Shown here: positions 27,625 to 37,761 of the stretch, in pieces
Numbering within the stretch: the first letter of the stretch is position 1
Layout: every line of letters starts with the position of its first letter
Virus record (IMG/VR): IMGVR_UViG_3300013121_000026
Location: 64,001-128,000 of that record
DNA: 64,000 bases
Direction: 5' to 3' (one strand)
From: a virus
Taxonomy: Duplodnaviria; Caudoviricetes
Notes under the pieces: model-generated
The model's database searches: none
The model's input: the letters and a program-made list of their open reading frames with translations, nothing else
Told to the model about the DNA's origin: nothing
Made by a program: the position numbers and the translations under genes

Positions 27625-30245
27625 AATCATTTAATTTTGCTCAGACATTTGTTATCGATCCTGCAATAGGAAACAAGATCACTGTTAATCTAACAGGAAT
27701 TGATTTGTTCTGGATGTATAAGCCAGACTATCAAAATAACATTTCTGGATTAATGGGACCGGGCATAACAATCTACGTGGTTAACACTAAAGATGACCTA
27801 CCGGACATTTCTGGGGAAACATTTGCTAATTTTGCTCGTGTTGAGTGGGGAAACATCATTACCAGCTCAGACGGTAGTGTAGCAACTAGATTTAGATTTA
27901 ATAAGCCGCTAGCAGTAAATCCAGGAAAGAAGTATGCAATCCTAGTTTCATATGATGGCAATGAAACATTCTTCCCGTGGGTAGCAAAGCGTGGAATGAA
28001 GATTACCAATTCAACTAATGTATTTCCGGGTAACTTTGATTTTATTGGTAACTATTATGAGTCAGTAATTACTGATGGACAAGTTGGATCCTTAGAGCCG
28101 ATTCAAAGCTGGAGAGCATTAACGGATACCCAATTAAAGTTCCGTGTATACATTGCTAGATACATGATTAACGGAGTGCCGGTAAGCAACAGCACAGTTG
28201 ATCCGTCGCAATGGTTTAACTTGCATGGTACCAGCCCATTCTCGTCAGTTGATGGTAATAACGTTATCTTTAGTTATCCATCTCCATGCATTGAAAACAT
28301 CAGCTTTGATCTAAACCAAAGTACTGTTCAGAGTTTTGTTGGTTCTCAAAGAGTATATCAAAACACAGTATTTTATCCTGGTGGATATCAAAATGGTTCT
28401 TCATACGTAACCGTATCTGCGGCTAATAGTGGACCTAACAGTACCTTGTTAATAGCAAATACTAAGCTACCAAATGGAGCTAATTTTAAGTGGTCTGATA
28501 TTTTTAGTGACTATGCTGGAACTAAGTATGTGACTGTATTTGATACAGAACTTACAAACATTCGAAAAGTTCAAAGCATTATTTCCAATACTGTCATTCA
28601 AGTAGATGAACCATTTACTTTTACTAATACTATTTCAAAATTCTTGATTAGCCCGATAGCAACAATTGATAGCTTCAATAGTCATTCACCAGAAGGTAAA
28701 TCAGAAGCATTAATGTTCCTGACTCACAGCAATGCTAATGATTCAGTTAGATTTGTTAATAACGTTATTGAAGCTGTTACTGTGACAGCAGGTGGTTTAG
28801 ATTATAGCAACAATGACGTTCTGTATGTAACAGGATTTGAATATGTTGCTGATAAGGTAACTACTGGTTATTTTGCAGTTGGTAATATCGTTACAAATAG
28901 CATTGGTGGTATTTCCGAAGTATATCTTAGCAATACAGGATGCGGCTTTACAAATTCAAGCGCATTGCATCTAGTTATTGCTAATAGCATCTTTGATCCG
29001 GGTGGTCTAACAAACTCAACAGCTAATACTAGCTTGGGTTCAGGTGCTACTTTTGAATACACAATAGGAGCAACATTACAGTCTGAATTATCCAACAACA
29101 TCTTCAAAGATTGTGAAGTGTTGAACTTAGATTTGCATGATGTTACTCCGTTCTTTAATATTACTTCGCCCGTCAATACAACACAACAGTTTTACTTGAA
29201 TTCTCAGTATTACATTCAGGATGATGAAGATGTTATCCTGGGTTCAATTTCATATGTTAATCCAAATACATCACAAATAGTTCTGGAATTAAACAAACGA
29301 AAGAACATTGTTGCAGATAAGATTCCATGCTTTGTTTCCTACTCAAATGAGTTTGGCGTAAAATACAGCAATGGTGCAACAAATGATAAGGTTAGTGCGT
29401 TAAATATCTATTCAAATAATTACATGCTGGGCATTTCAATCTCGTCAAATAACGACTTTGTAATGCCAACTATTAATTCGACTGCATCAGTTGAGTTCGG
29501 CAAGTATGTTATCAATAATGACTATACTAATGAACATACCAATCAGGGTAATGCATTTGCTAAGCATCTAACCACTCTAGTTAACTTTGATAGATTTAGT
29601 GAAGACGTCGTAGTTTATTTGGATGCTTACAGACCAGTTGATACTGATATTCAAGTGTATGCTAGAATTCAAAACAATCAGGATACCCAGGCATTTGATG
29701 ATGAAGATTGGACCCGCTTGGAGATAATTGATGGAGTCAATATTTACAGTAGCTCCAGCAAGGAAGATGACTATATTGAATTAACCTATGGTTTCCAGGG
29801 TCAGCCAAATACGTCAATAACTTTGGATGGTACTATTACGACAACAAACAATAGCTCAACATTAACTGGATCAAACACAACATTCTCGGACGATCTAGCT
29901 AACAATGATGTTATTAAGATTTACGATCCATACTTTCCAAATACTAACTTTATGGTTGCTTCTGTTAATAACATTACCAACAATACTTCACTAACTATTG
30001 ATACTTCAGTATTGTCTACGATTAATACAGCATTGGTAGGAAATGGATTAAAGGTAGATTTGATGGGATATAAGCATCAGGCATTCAATAACATTCAGTT
30101 TGACAACGTTGTTAGATACTACAATGAGTCAATGGTTAAGTTTGATGGATATGACAAACTGCAATTGAAAGTAGTTTTCCTCTCTTCGAACCTATTAAAC
30201 ATTCCTAAGGTTCATAATATTAAGTTGGCGGGTGTCTCAGCATAA
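27621..30245 (+). CDS. Virion protein resembling the VrlC C-terminal region
   Basis: AQTF, G.DL, T.F.F..P, YA..., KF.V..A; C-terminal VY....RP..TDI.VY. Confidence 0.65.
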   Translation: MKSFNFAQTFVIDPAIGNKITVNLTGIDLFWMYKPDYQNNISGLMGPGITIYVVNTKDDLPDISGETFANFARVEWGNIITSSDGSVATRFRFNKPLAVNPGKKYAILVSYDGNETFFPWVAKRGMKITNSTNVFPGNFDFIGNYYESVITDGQVGSLEPIQSWRALTDTQLKFRVYIARYMINGVPVSNSTVDPSQWFNLHGTSPFSSVDGNNVIFSYPSPCIENISFDLNQSTVQSFVGSQRVYQNTVFYPGGYQNGSSYVTVSAANSGPNSTLLIANTKLPNGANFKWSDIFSDYAGTKYVTVFDTELTNIRKVQSIISNTVIQVDEPFTFTNTISKFLISPIATIDSFNSHSPEGKSEALMFLTHSNANDSVRFVNNVIEAVTVTAGGLDYSNNDVLYVTGFEYVADKVTTGYFAVGNIVTNSIGGISEVYLSNTGCGFTNSSALHLVIANSIFDPGGLTNSTANTSLGSGATFEYTIGATLQSELSNNIFKDCEVLNLDLHDVTPFFNITSPVNTTQQFYLNSQYYIQDDEDVILGSISYVNPNTSQIVLELNKRKNIVADKIPCFVSYSNEFGVKYSNGATNDKVSALNIYSNNYMLGISISSNNDFVMPTINSTASVEFGKYVINNDYTNEHTNQGNAFAKHLTTLVNFDRFSEDVVVYLDAYRPVDTDIQVYARIQNNQDTQAFDDEDWTRLEIIDGVNIYSSSSKEDDYIELTYGFQGQPNTSITLDGTITTTNNSSTLTGSNTTFSDDLANNDVIKIYDPYFPNTNFMVASVNNITNNTSLTIDTSVLSTINTALVGNGLKVDLMGYKHQAFNNIQFDNVVRYYNESMVKFDGYDKLQLKVVFLSSNLLNIPKVHNIKLAGVSA

Positions 30246-30454
30246 TGAAAAGCGAATTGCAAAAAACCAATATCAGCGGGCTTTCTAAGGACAAAAAACA
30301 AAACCTTATTATAAATAACAATGTTGCTGAGTTATCAGCATATGAAGCCAAGAGAAAACAAATTAAAGAAATCAATACGATCAAGACTGACATTACAGAA
30401 ATAAAGAAACTGTTAAGACTTGTTTGTGATCAACTAGGAATCAAAGAATGCTAA
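30245..30454 (+). CDS. Small coiled-coil protein
   Basis: 69 aa, ends EIKKLL; coupled to neighbours. Confidence 0.55.
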   Translation: MKSELQKTNISGLSKDKKQNLIINNNVAELSAYEAKRKQIKEINTIKTDITEIKKLLRLVCDQLGIKEC

Positions 30455-31116
30455 CATTATCTTCAATTTCAAATACTAATCCTTGGCTAAGTGTTTTTAA
30501 TGCGGTGAATAGTATAATTGGCTATTTTGGCTCTGATGTCGTTACAGCGAATGGATCTGCCGATGGTGCTGTGAACAGTGGTAACGGATTTGTTACGGGT
30601 ATTTTTGGTGCAACAATTCTAGCAGCAAATAATATTCGTGGTGGAACGGTTAATACTGCTGCTCCAGTAACAATCACTAGTAACATAGCTGTTAATTCTT
30701 CTTACTCAATAATCAACGGCAACAATGTAGTAAACAGTACCGCCATTAGCGTCGGCGCAAATGTTGGAATTAATACTAGCACAATTACGCTTGGAAGTAT
30801 TCACCAAAAATATGTCAATGCGGTAACCTCAGGAACATCAGAACAATTAGTTGACTACATAGACTTTACTGTAAATCGTTCCGCGGAATATTGTCTAACT
30901 ATTACTGATCAGGGGTCATCATCATATCAAATTTCAAAGATCCTTTTAATACATGATGGATCAACTGCTAAGGTGACGGAGTATGGAGTAATTTCATCTA
31001 ATGCTTCTTTGGGGTATTTTTCAGCAACAGCAAATTCTTCCCATGCCCTGTTGAAAATAACGCCAGTTCCTTCTGCTACTTCGATTAAAGGGCATAAATT
31101 TCTGACTACGGTGTAA
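30448..31116 (+). CDS. Virion structural / fibre-associated protein
   Basis: C-terminal RSAEY...YQ.S.IL.IHDG.....TEYG domain; late promoter 30310-30317. Confidence 0.6.
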   Translation: MLTLSSISNTNPWLSVFNAVNSIIGYFGSDVVTANGSADGAVNSGNGFVTGIFGATILAANNIRGGTVNTAAPVTITSNIAVNSSYSIINGNNVVNSTAISVGANVGINTSTITLGSIHQKYVNAVTSGTSEQLVDYIDFTVNRSAEYCLTITDQGSSSYQISKILLIHDGSTAKVTEYGVISSNASLGYFSATANSSHALLKITPVPSATSIKGHKFLTTV

Positions 31117-31117
31117 A

Positions 31118-33016
31118 ATGCCAGCACCAGTATTTTCAAATTCCACACATACATTGATACCAGGCATTCCTGGTAAAATTACTGCAAACCTTGAGTTTAA
31201 TGCGGCTCTAATAGCCAATGGTTCTGCTGGTGAACCGGGTGATGTGTTGTGTTCTAACGGCAGCAACGTTTATTGGGGTACCAGTACCGGTGGCAATGGA
31301 GGCGGGTATCCTGCTAATGCTACCTTTACGCAAATCACAATTGGCTCAGTAGTTTTAAACACAACTGGTTATTATGGCATCTCAAATAACAGCACCTATG
31401 CGTATGGGAAAACTGAAGGCAATTTGAATGTTAATAGTGCCACCTACTCAACTAATGCTATCAATGCCAATAATGCTACTTATCTTGGTGGGTATTCTGC
31501 GTCACATTTTTTAACAGCGTCAGATCTTAGTGGTTATCAATTAAATTCTACCTTGTCTGCTAACGTTGCAGGGCTGACGGCTAATAATGCATCATATGCC
31601 TATGGTAAGACAGAGGGTAATTTAAATGTTAACAGTGCTACTTATTCAACTAATGCTGTTAACGCAAACAATAGTGCCTATCTAAATACTAAAACAGAAA
31701 GCAACCTAAATGTTAATAGTGCTTCTTCTGCCACAACAGCAAATAATGCGTCATATGCCTATGGTAAAAATGAAAATGCATTGAATGTTAATAGCGCGTC
31801 TTCAGCACTGACAGCAAACAACAGCACTTATTTAAATGGGCAATTGGCTGGTTACTATACTAATGCCACGAATATATCGTCAGGAACATTGCCATATGGT
31901 CAATTGCCCGCAAATGTAGTTAATACATCTGCTAATTTTACGATAACTGGTGTTTATACTCATAGCGCAAATATTTCATTGGCGGGTATCTTAGCCAATG
32001 GATCATTGGGTGCCAGCAGTACCGTTCTAACATCAAATGGGTCTTCAACATATTGGGGAACAGCACCTGCGCCAGCAGCAGGTGGTTCAAATACAGAAGT
32101 TCAGTTCAATGATAGTGGTGTTATTAGTGCTAATGCAGGTTTTACTTTTATTAAAACAACCAATACAGTTTCAATTGGTAACTCAACAGTTAGTGCTACG
32201 ATTAACAGCACATTCTTTTCAAAACAAAGCAATACGGCATTAACAGCAAATAATTCCACCTACTTCAGTGGACAATCGCTTGGAACCAGTGCTAACAACG
32301 TTGTTCAATTAGATGCATCTGCAAAACTACCAGCAGTAGATGGTTCACAATTAACTAATTTACCGGCAGCTAAAAAAATAGATCAACAAGTATTTACTAG
32401 TTCTAATACTTGGACAAAACCAAGTGGATTTGGTACAAATGCCCATGCATTCATTCAATGCTGGGGCGGTGGCGGTGGTGGAGCTCGCCATGCTTCTTAT
32501 TATGCAAGTGGCGGCGGCGGTGGTGGTTATAAGGAAAGATGGATAATTTTATCATCATTGGGTGCAACAGAAACAATTACAGTTGGTGGAGCTGGAACTG
32601 GCAAAACATCAGCACAAGGAAATGGCACAGCGGGTGGAGATACTACTTTTGGCGGGTGGGTTACTGCATATGGTGGTGGTGGAGGTATTGCTTCATCTGG
32701 TTCATATGGTGGTGGTGGTGGTTTATTTACTAGAACAGGATTAGGTGGAGCTCCACCTACTAATCCCTGGGATGGTGGGGATGGTGGTTCTAGTATGTCT
32801 TTTAATGGTCAACCATCAGTTTATGGTGGAGGAGGTGGTGGTTCTGGTAATACTACAATTACAGGGGGCATTTCTCAATTTGGCGGCAATGGCGGCAATG
32901 GTGGCGCATCGCCAGCGGCGGGCTCTACGCCAGGCGGTGGTGGTGGTGGTGGAGCCGCAAATATTAATGGAAAAGATGGTGGTACAGGAAAATGCATTGT
33001 TACTGTTTTTGACTAA
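31118..33016 (+). CDS. Tail fibre-like protein with internal repeats and C-terminal Gly-rich domain
   Basis: NNS.YAYGK.E..LNVNSA repeats; FTSS.TWTKP...CWGGGGGG domain. Confidence 0.7.
   Translation: MPAPVFSNSTHTLIPGIPGKITANLEFNAALIANGSAGEPGDVLCSNGSNVYWGTSTGGNGGGYPANATFTQITIGSVVLNTTGYYGISNNSTYAYGKTEGNLNVNSATYSTNAINANNATYLGGYSASHFLTASDLSGYQLNSTLSANVAGLTANNASYAYGKTEGNLNVNSATYSTNAVNANNSAYLNTKTESNLNVNSASSATTANNASYAYGKNENALNVNSASSALTANNSTYLNGQLAGYYTNATNISSGTLPYGQLPANVVNTSANFTITGVYTHSANISLAGILANGSLGASSTVLTSNGSSTYWGTAPAPAAGGSNTEVQFNDSGVISANAGFTFIKTTNTVSIGNSTVSATINSTFFSKQSNTALTANNSTYFSGQSLGTSANNVVQLDASAKLPAVDGSQLTNLPAAKKIDQQVFTSSNTWTKPSGFGTNAHAFIQCWGGGGGGARHASYYASGGGGGGYKERWIILSSLGATETITVGGAGTGKTSAQGNGTAGGDTTFGGWVTAYGGGGGIASSGSYGGGGGLFTRTGLGGAPPTNPWDGGDGGSSMSFNGQPSVYGGGGGGSGNTTITGGISQFGGNGGNGGASPAAGSTPGGGGGGGAANINGKDGGTGKCIVTVFD
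31385..31845 (+). repeat. Coding repeats NN(S/A).Y.(Y)GK.E.NLNVNSA
   Basis: Four fuller copies plus partial copies; two more at about 33405-33560. Confidence 0.75.
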
Positions 33017-33062
33017 TTCTATTTTATAAATACTAATAAAATAGCTAGAGGGAAAGGGAACT

Positions 33063-33911
33063 TTGAGCGACTACGATTTTAAAGTAAAAAACGGCCTTCA
33101 GGTAAATGGGTCAATTAGTGTTAATAGTACAGCATTATATATTAATAATATACCGATTAGTGCTAATGGAAGCATTGGTCTTAGTGGGCAGGTATTCTAT
33201 TCAAACGGCACAGTAAATTATTGGGCGGATTTACCATTAGTTACACCACCTGGTAGTAATACTCAGGTAATGTTTAATGATGCAGGCAATAGTAATGCGG
33301 TGGCAGGATTTGCTTTTGATAAAACAACTAATACTGTTTCAATTGGAAGTGCTACTATTAATAGTACATTCTTTTCTAAGCAAAGCAATACGGCATTAAC
33401 AGCAAATAATGCATCATATGCATATGGTAAAACCGAAAATGCCCTGAATGTTAATAGTGCAATTAATGCTAATAATTCCACCTATGCATATGGTAAAAAC
33501 GAAAATGCCCTAAATGTTAATAGTGCATCAACCGCTAATAATAGTACATATTTAAGCAATTACCCAATTGCAAATTTAGTTACTACAACAACTACCAAAA
33601 CGATTGCAATAGGATATACTATAACACCATATAATCATGGTGTTATAGTTGATTTTACTGCTAATGCAGCTCTTGGTAATTATCAATACGGAACATGCAA
33701 TAGTGCATTTGTCATGACAGCGCCAACCTCGGATTGTGCTATTGATATGTTAATCACGAATGGAACAGGAGCGGGGGCTGTTACTCTTACAGGATTTACT
33801 ATTGGAACATTTGTTGGTGATCCTCTAACTACAACGAATGGTGATAAATTTATTGTTTCTATTCGAAGAATCAATTCAGTTTCAACATATTCAATTAAAG
33901 CACTTCAATGA
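33063..33911 (+). CDS. Fibre-like protein sharing modules with 31118-33016
   Basis: DFKVKNGL start, shared GSNT.V.FND...TTNTVSIG module; TTG start; late promoter 33025-33032. Confidence 0.65.
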   Translation: MSDYDFKVKNGLQVNGSISVNSTALYINNIPISANGSIGLSGQVFYSNGTVNYWADLPLVTPPGSNTQVMFNDAGNSNAVAGFAFDKTTNTVSIGSATINSTFFSKQSNTALTANNASYAYGKTENALNVNSAINANNSTYAYGKNENALNVNSASTANNSTYLSNYPIANLVTTTTTKTIAIGYTITPYNHGVIVDFTANAALGNYQYGTCNSAFVMTAPTSDCAIDMLITNGTGAGAVTLTGFTIGTFVGDPLTTTNGDKFIVSIRRINSVSTYSIKALQ

Positions 33912-35086
33912 TTTCTCAATTTACTTTACTTCGAAAATTTAAAAATAATCATGTATTTGACCCAATAACTATTCCAGAGTTTGTTGTTGATTCAGAGGAA
34001 TTCTTTGAAGTGAAGGTTAGATTGAACGATGGTATTTTATATAATACTTTTTTGTTCGATAATAAAAAAGATGCTTTGTATTTTTACGGTAATCTAGCAA
34101 GAATTGAGCGAGATATAAAATTTAATATAGATCCTTATATTTGGTCTCTTCCTATTGAAAACAATATTTCTATTAATGACGATATGCTTCCTTACCTTTC
34201 TTATGAATTTGCAGTGACTACGTATTTAACTACAACAGGATCTAATACATACCAAACACCTTTTAATTGGAATAATTTTGATAACCTAATTTCAGTTATT
34301 GGAGGTGGCGGCAGCGGTGGATCGAAAGTTTTTGGTAGTGGTGGAGGTGGTAGTGTTATGGGTGGTTCAGGCGGCGGGGGTGGAGGGTTTTCTAGCAAAT
34401 CAAACCTAACAATGTCTGGATCTGTTAATTATACCATAGGCGCTGGAGGAAATTCAGTTTCTGGAGCAAATGGATATGCTGGTGGGAATACATTTTTTAA
34501 TGGGGCAAATTTAGCATCTTGTAGTGTTGGCGCAAGCGGGGGTGCTAAAGGCATATATGGATCAACTACTATTAATGGTGGTGCAGGGGGTGCATCATCA
34601 TCTGGAACTGGAAACATTAAATATTCCGGTGGAAGGGGGGGCAATATTTCTGGAGGGTCATTAAATTACATTGGTACTGGTGGTGGTGGTGCCGCAGGAC
34701 CAAGTGGAATTGGTGCAAATGGTGGTGACGTAACTTCAGGTAGTAATAAAACCATAGGAACCGTTGGTGGACAAGGAGGTAATAGCGCAGGCGGTGCTGG
34801 CGGATCTAATACTGGTGGTCCCGGCTCTTCAGGAACAGAGTGGACGTCTTATGGATCCGGTGGTGGTGGTGGTGGAAAATATAATGCTGATAGTAGCGGA
34901 TCTAGTATTGGTGGTGGCGATGGTGGGCATTATGGTGCTGGAGGTGGCGGAATTTATTTCAACCAAGATACAGGAAATCCTAATGGATCTAATACTTATT
35001 CTGGCGCAGGTGCAAATGGCATAATTCGAATAATGTACACACCACTTTTTGATGGTGGATTTAATATTCCAATGTTAGGAATGTAG
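33908..35086 (+). CDS. Gly-rich domain virion protein
   Basis: VIGGGGSGG...GGGGGG..., ends GA.GII.I.Y. Confidence 0.65.
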   Translation: MISQFTLLRKFKNNHVFDPITIPEFVVDSEEFFEVKVRLNDGILYNTFLFDNKKDALYFYGNLARIERDIKFNIDPYIWSLPIENNISINDDMLPYLSYEFAVTTYLTTTGSNTYQTPFNWNNFDNLISVIGGGGSGGSKVFGSGGGGSVMGGSGGGGGGFSSKSNLTMSGSVNYTIGAGGNSVSGANGYAGGNTFFNGANLASCSVGASGGAKGIYGSTTINGGAGGASSSGTGNIKYSGGRGGNISGGSLNYIGTGGGGAAGPSGIGANGGDVTSGSNKTIGTVGGQGGNSAGGAGGSNTGGPGSSGTEWTSYGSGGGGGGKYNADSSGSSIGGGDGGHYGAGGGGIYFNQDTGNPNGSNTYSGAGANGIIRIMYTPLFDGGFNIPMLGM

Positions 35087-35094
35087 GAGAGAAA

Positions 35095-35709
35095 ATGACA
35101 CAATACGTTTTAATTAATACACACAATAATAGTATTATGAATTCTTGGGATGGTTCTATACCGAATTTTATTGTTGTCCAAAATTCAGTAGTATATTGTC
35201 CATTATTAGAAACTGATTACTCTGGATATATGCTGTTTGAAAGAAAAAGAAATGCAGTAATAGATGCTGGAGTAGTCCATTCAGTTGAATATTTATCAGA
35301 ATACGAACTGAATAGAAAAAATGTATTTGTTCCTGAATTAGCTAGCATGACTTTTGTGAAAACAAACAAAGGCATGATAGGAGATTCGTATGCTGATGGA
35401 GTATTCACTACTCCTACACCAGTGCCACAGTCTGTTACTAGGCAACAAATGATGGCGGTGTTAATGATAACAGGGCTTATTACAGAAGCAGAATGGCTTT
35501 CCTGTTATCAAACAGGAACACTTCCAGAAATTGTGTCTAATGCTATTAATACTTTACCTTCCGATGCAGCAAAATTGGTAGCTAAAGTTAAATGGGTTGA
35601 ATTTTCTGAAGCTAAACGTTGGGATTCAGTGGTGTTACTGTTAGCAGCTCATGCTAATCTTTCTGAGGAGCAAGTAGATGACATTTTCATTCAAGCAGCA
35701 CAATTATAA
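35095..35709 (+). CDS. Fibre-associated / chaperone-like protein
   Basis: C-terminal P.SVTR.Q...GLITE.E...G.LP...LS.EQVD.IF..A..L. Confidence 0.55.
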   Translation: MTQYVLINTHNNSIMNSWDGSIPNFIVVQNSVVYCPLLETDYSGYMLFERKRNAVIDAGVVHSVEYLSEYELNRKNVFVPELASMTFVKTNKGMIGDSYADGVFTTPTPVPQSVTRQQMMAVLMITGLITEAEWLSCYQTGTLPEIVSNAINTLPSDAAKLVAKVKWVEFSEAKRWDSVVLLLAAHANLSEEQVDDIFIQAAQL

Positions 35710-35720
35710 TTTAATTTTTT

Positions 35721-36191
35721 ATGAAAGTAAATAATATGCGAAAGGCTATTATTAAAGATAACACTGTGATTAATGTTATTGAAATAGATGACGGAGCAAA
35801 CTGGATGCCGCCTGAAGGAACTATTTTAGTTAATGCTGTATCTTGTCAAGCGGGTGATTTGTGGGATGGAAATAATTTCTCGACTCCTGTAGTCTTAGAT
35901 CAATCAATACCAAATATGATATCTGATCGACAATTTTTTCAAGGGTTAGCGATGCAAGGATTAATAACTCAAGAAGAAGCATTAGGTGCAGTTAAAACAG
36001 GAACGCTTCCTGGCCAATTAGAACTTTTTATTAATCAACTACCAGAAAATGATCAATTTCAAGCCAAAATGATTTTGTCCGGAGCAACTCAGTTTTTTAG
36101 AAATAACTATTTAACAGAAGCATTTGGTGTGATGGCAGGTATGTCTACGGAGCAATTAGATAATTTTTGGGTATTTTGCTCACAATTATAA
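35721..36191 (+). CDS. Fibre-associated protein, paralogue of 35095-35709
   Basis: ISDRQFFQ.L...GLIT.EEA...G.LP...EQLD.FW. Confidence 0.55.
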   Translation: MKVNNMRKAIIKDNTVINVIEIDDGANWMPPEGTILVNAVSCQAGDLWDGNNFSTPVVLDQSIPNMISDRQFFQGLAMQGLITQEEALGAVKTGTLPGQLELFINQLPENDQFQAKMILSGATQFFRNNYLTEAFGVMAGMSTEQLDNFWVFCSQL

Positions 36192-36200
36192 GGAAATTAA

Positions 36201-37070
36201 ATGGCAACAAACAAAATAAATCTAGTCCAAGGGGACAATTTACCATTCATAGAATTATCACTTAAAAATAGTGATAACTCGCCTTTGGACGTATCCAATG
36301 CAACAGTAAATGTTCTTTTTAAGTCCAAAGGAAGTACCTCTATTTTGAGTACAATTCTATGCACAAATGTAACTGATGGTTCAGATGGCAGAGTAGTTTT
36401 TAACTTTCCGGGAACAACATTGGATGTAGCCCAAGGCTATTATGAAGGCGAAGTAAAGATTGACTTTGGTTGGAACAGTAATTAGTTCACTGAATGTATC
36501 ATCAAGTGCTACAACAATTGCAGCGACTCAAAATTCAATCCGTGAAACCCTAAGTCTAATAGCATTAAAAACTGGTGTGTTATCTACATTAAACAGTCAA
36601 AATGAACAAGTGACATTTATGGAGAGTCTCGGCTATCAGTTTGTTCAGGACAATTCCGTTCTTGATAATATTGAATTAAGCATTGATCAACTATTAGAAA
36701 TATCAATTGTTGCTGACGATTCTCTTATCCTAGAAGATCTCAAAGAGGATTTACTAGAGTTCATTCCCAGAGTAGAAGAAACTATCACAATTGATGAGCA
36801 AACTTTAAACGTGGCTCTGATGCCTTCAGAAGTTGCTGATTTTTTTTAGATGTTATAGTATCAAGACAAACAAAGTTCCTGGCTTATTTTAATAACATCA
36901 ACAAAATGATGTTCATTACTCCTTCATTTGCTAAGATGTCCGATAGCACGGTAAGGTTATCTATCACTCACAATAGCAAGAATTTATTAGTATCGGGAGA
37001 GCCGACTATGATAGTCAAAAGCAATCAAATATATGTTAGTTCATTAACGGTTACGTATCCAAATGTCTAG
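36201..37070 (+). pseudogene. BppU-like gene broken into three frames (36201-36485, 36460-36849, 36846-37070)
   Basis: LVQGD..P...L...D.S.ATV...G.Y.GEV.IDF N-terminus; +1 shift near 36470, -1 shift at T8 run 36840-36847. Confidence 0.45.
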
Positions 37071-37470
37071 ATTTACTGGAAAATTAATAATTGAAGAAAT
37101 TAAACCCGGTATTCTTTGGAAGTTAAAAGAACCAATTGTTTTTGAGATAGAGCAATTAGGGTCGGGCAAAATTGTAGAAGTTCCAGTAGGTTTTATCACA
37201 GACGGAACCTCTATACCTAAATTTCTTAGAGTATTCCTAGCAGTATGGGGAACCTACGGGAGAGCTGCAACAGTACATGATTATCTTTATTCTACTTTGA
37301 GAGGTCCTGAAATGCATAAATACATACAAACAAGAAAACAAGCCGATGATGCATTTTTTGATGGAATGACCGCGCTGGGCACAGGAAAGATTTTGAAATA
37401 TTTAATATATTGGTCAGTGAGAATGTTTGGATGGTATGCTTTAAATTACACAGAAACAAAACACGAGTAG
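37063..37470 (+). CDS. DUF1353 family protein
   Basis: VP.GF.TDG.SIP, AA.VHDYLY, R..AD..F...M, Y..VR.FG. Confidence 0.85.
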   Translation: MSRFTGKLIIEEIKPGILWKLKEPIVFEIEQLGSGKIVEVPVGFITDGTSIPKFLRVFLAVWGTYGRAATVHDYLYSTLRGPEMHKYIQTRKQADDAFFDGMTALGTGKILKYLIYWSVRMFGWYALNYTETKHE

Positions 37471-37500
37471 AAAAATGAGAATATCACAAGAGGCATTAAA

Positions 37501-37761
37501 ATGAAAACATTAAAACAGTTTCTAAACGAAATTAAACTTCCAAACGGTGAGCACGTTCATTTAAACCCCGACAATAGTGTTCATTATAAAAATATTCATA
37601 TTGGAAATATTTTTGAAAAAAGAGTTTCTAACCCACTTCAGAAAAGCAATGGTTATGTTGCACATTCAAAATATTGGAATTTAAAACAAGAACATAAAAG
37701 CAAAAAAGCAGCAGCAGAGTGGTTGGCTAGTGTGCATGACACAGTGGAAAATAAAAAATGA
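37501..37761 (+). CDS. Putative internal head protein with capsid-targeting sequence
   Basis: MKTLKQFLNE resembles T4 IP targeting peptide MKTYQEFIAE. Confidence 0.65.
   Translation: MKTLKQFLNEIKLPNGEHVHLNPDNSVHYKNIHIGNIFEKRVSNPLQKSNGYVAHSKYWNLKQEHKSKKAAAEWLASVHDTVENKK

Noticed and set aside
32460-34960. GGT runs as microsatellites
   Set aside because: They are poly-Gly codons in Gly-rich domains.
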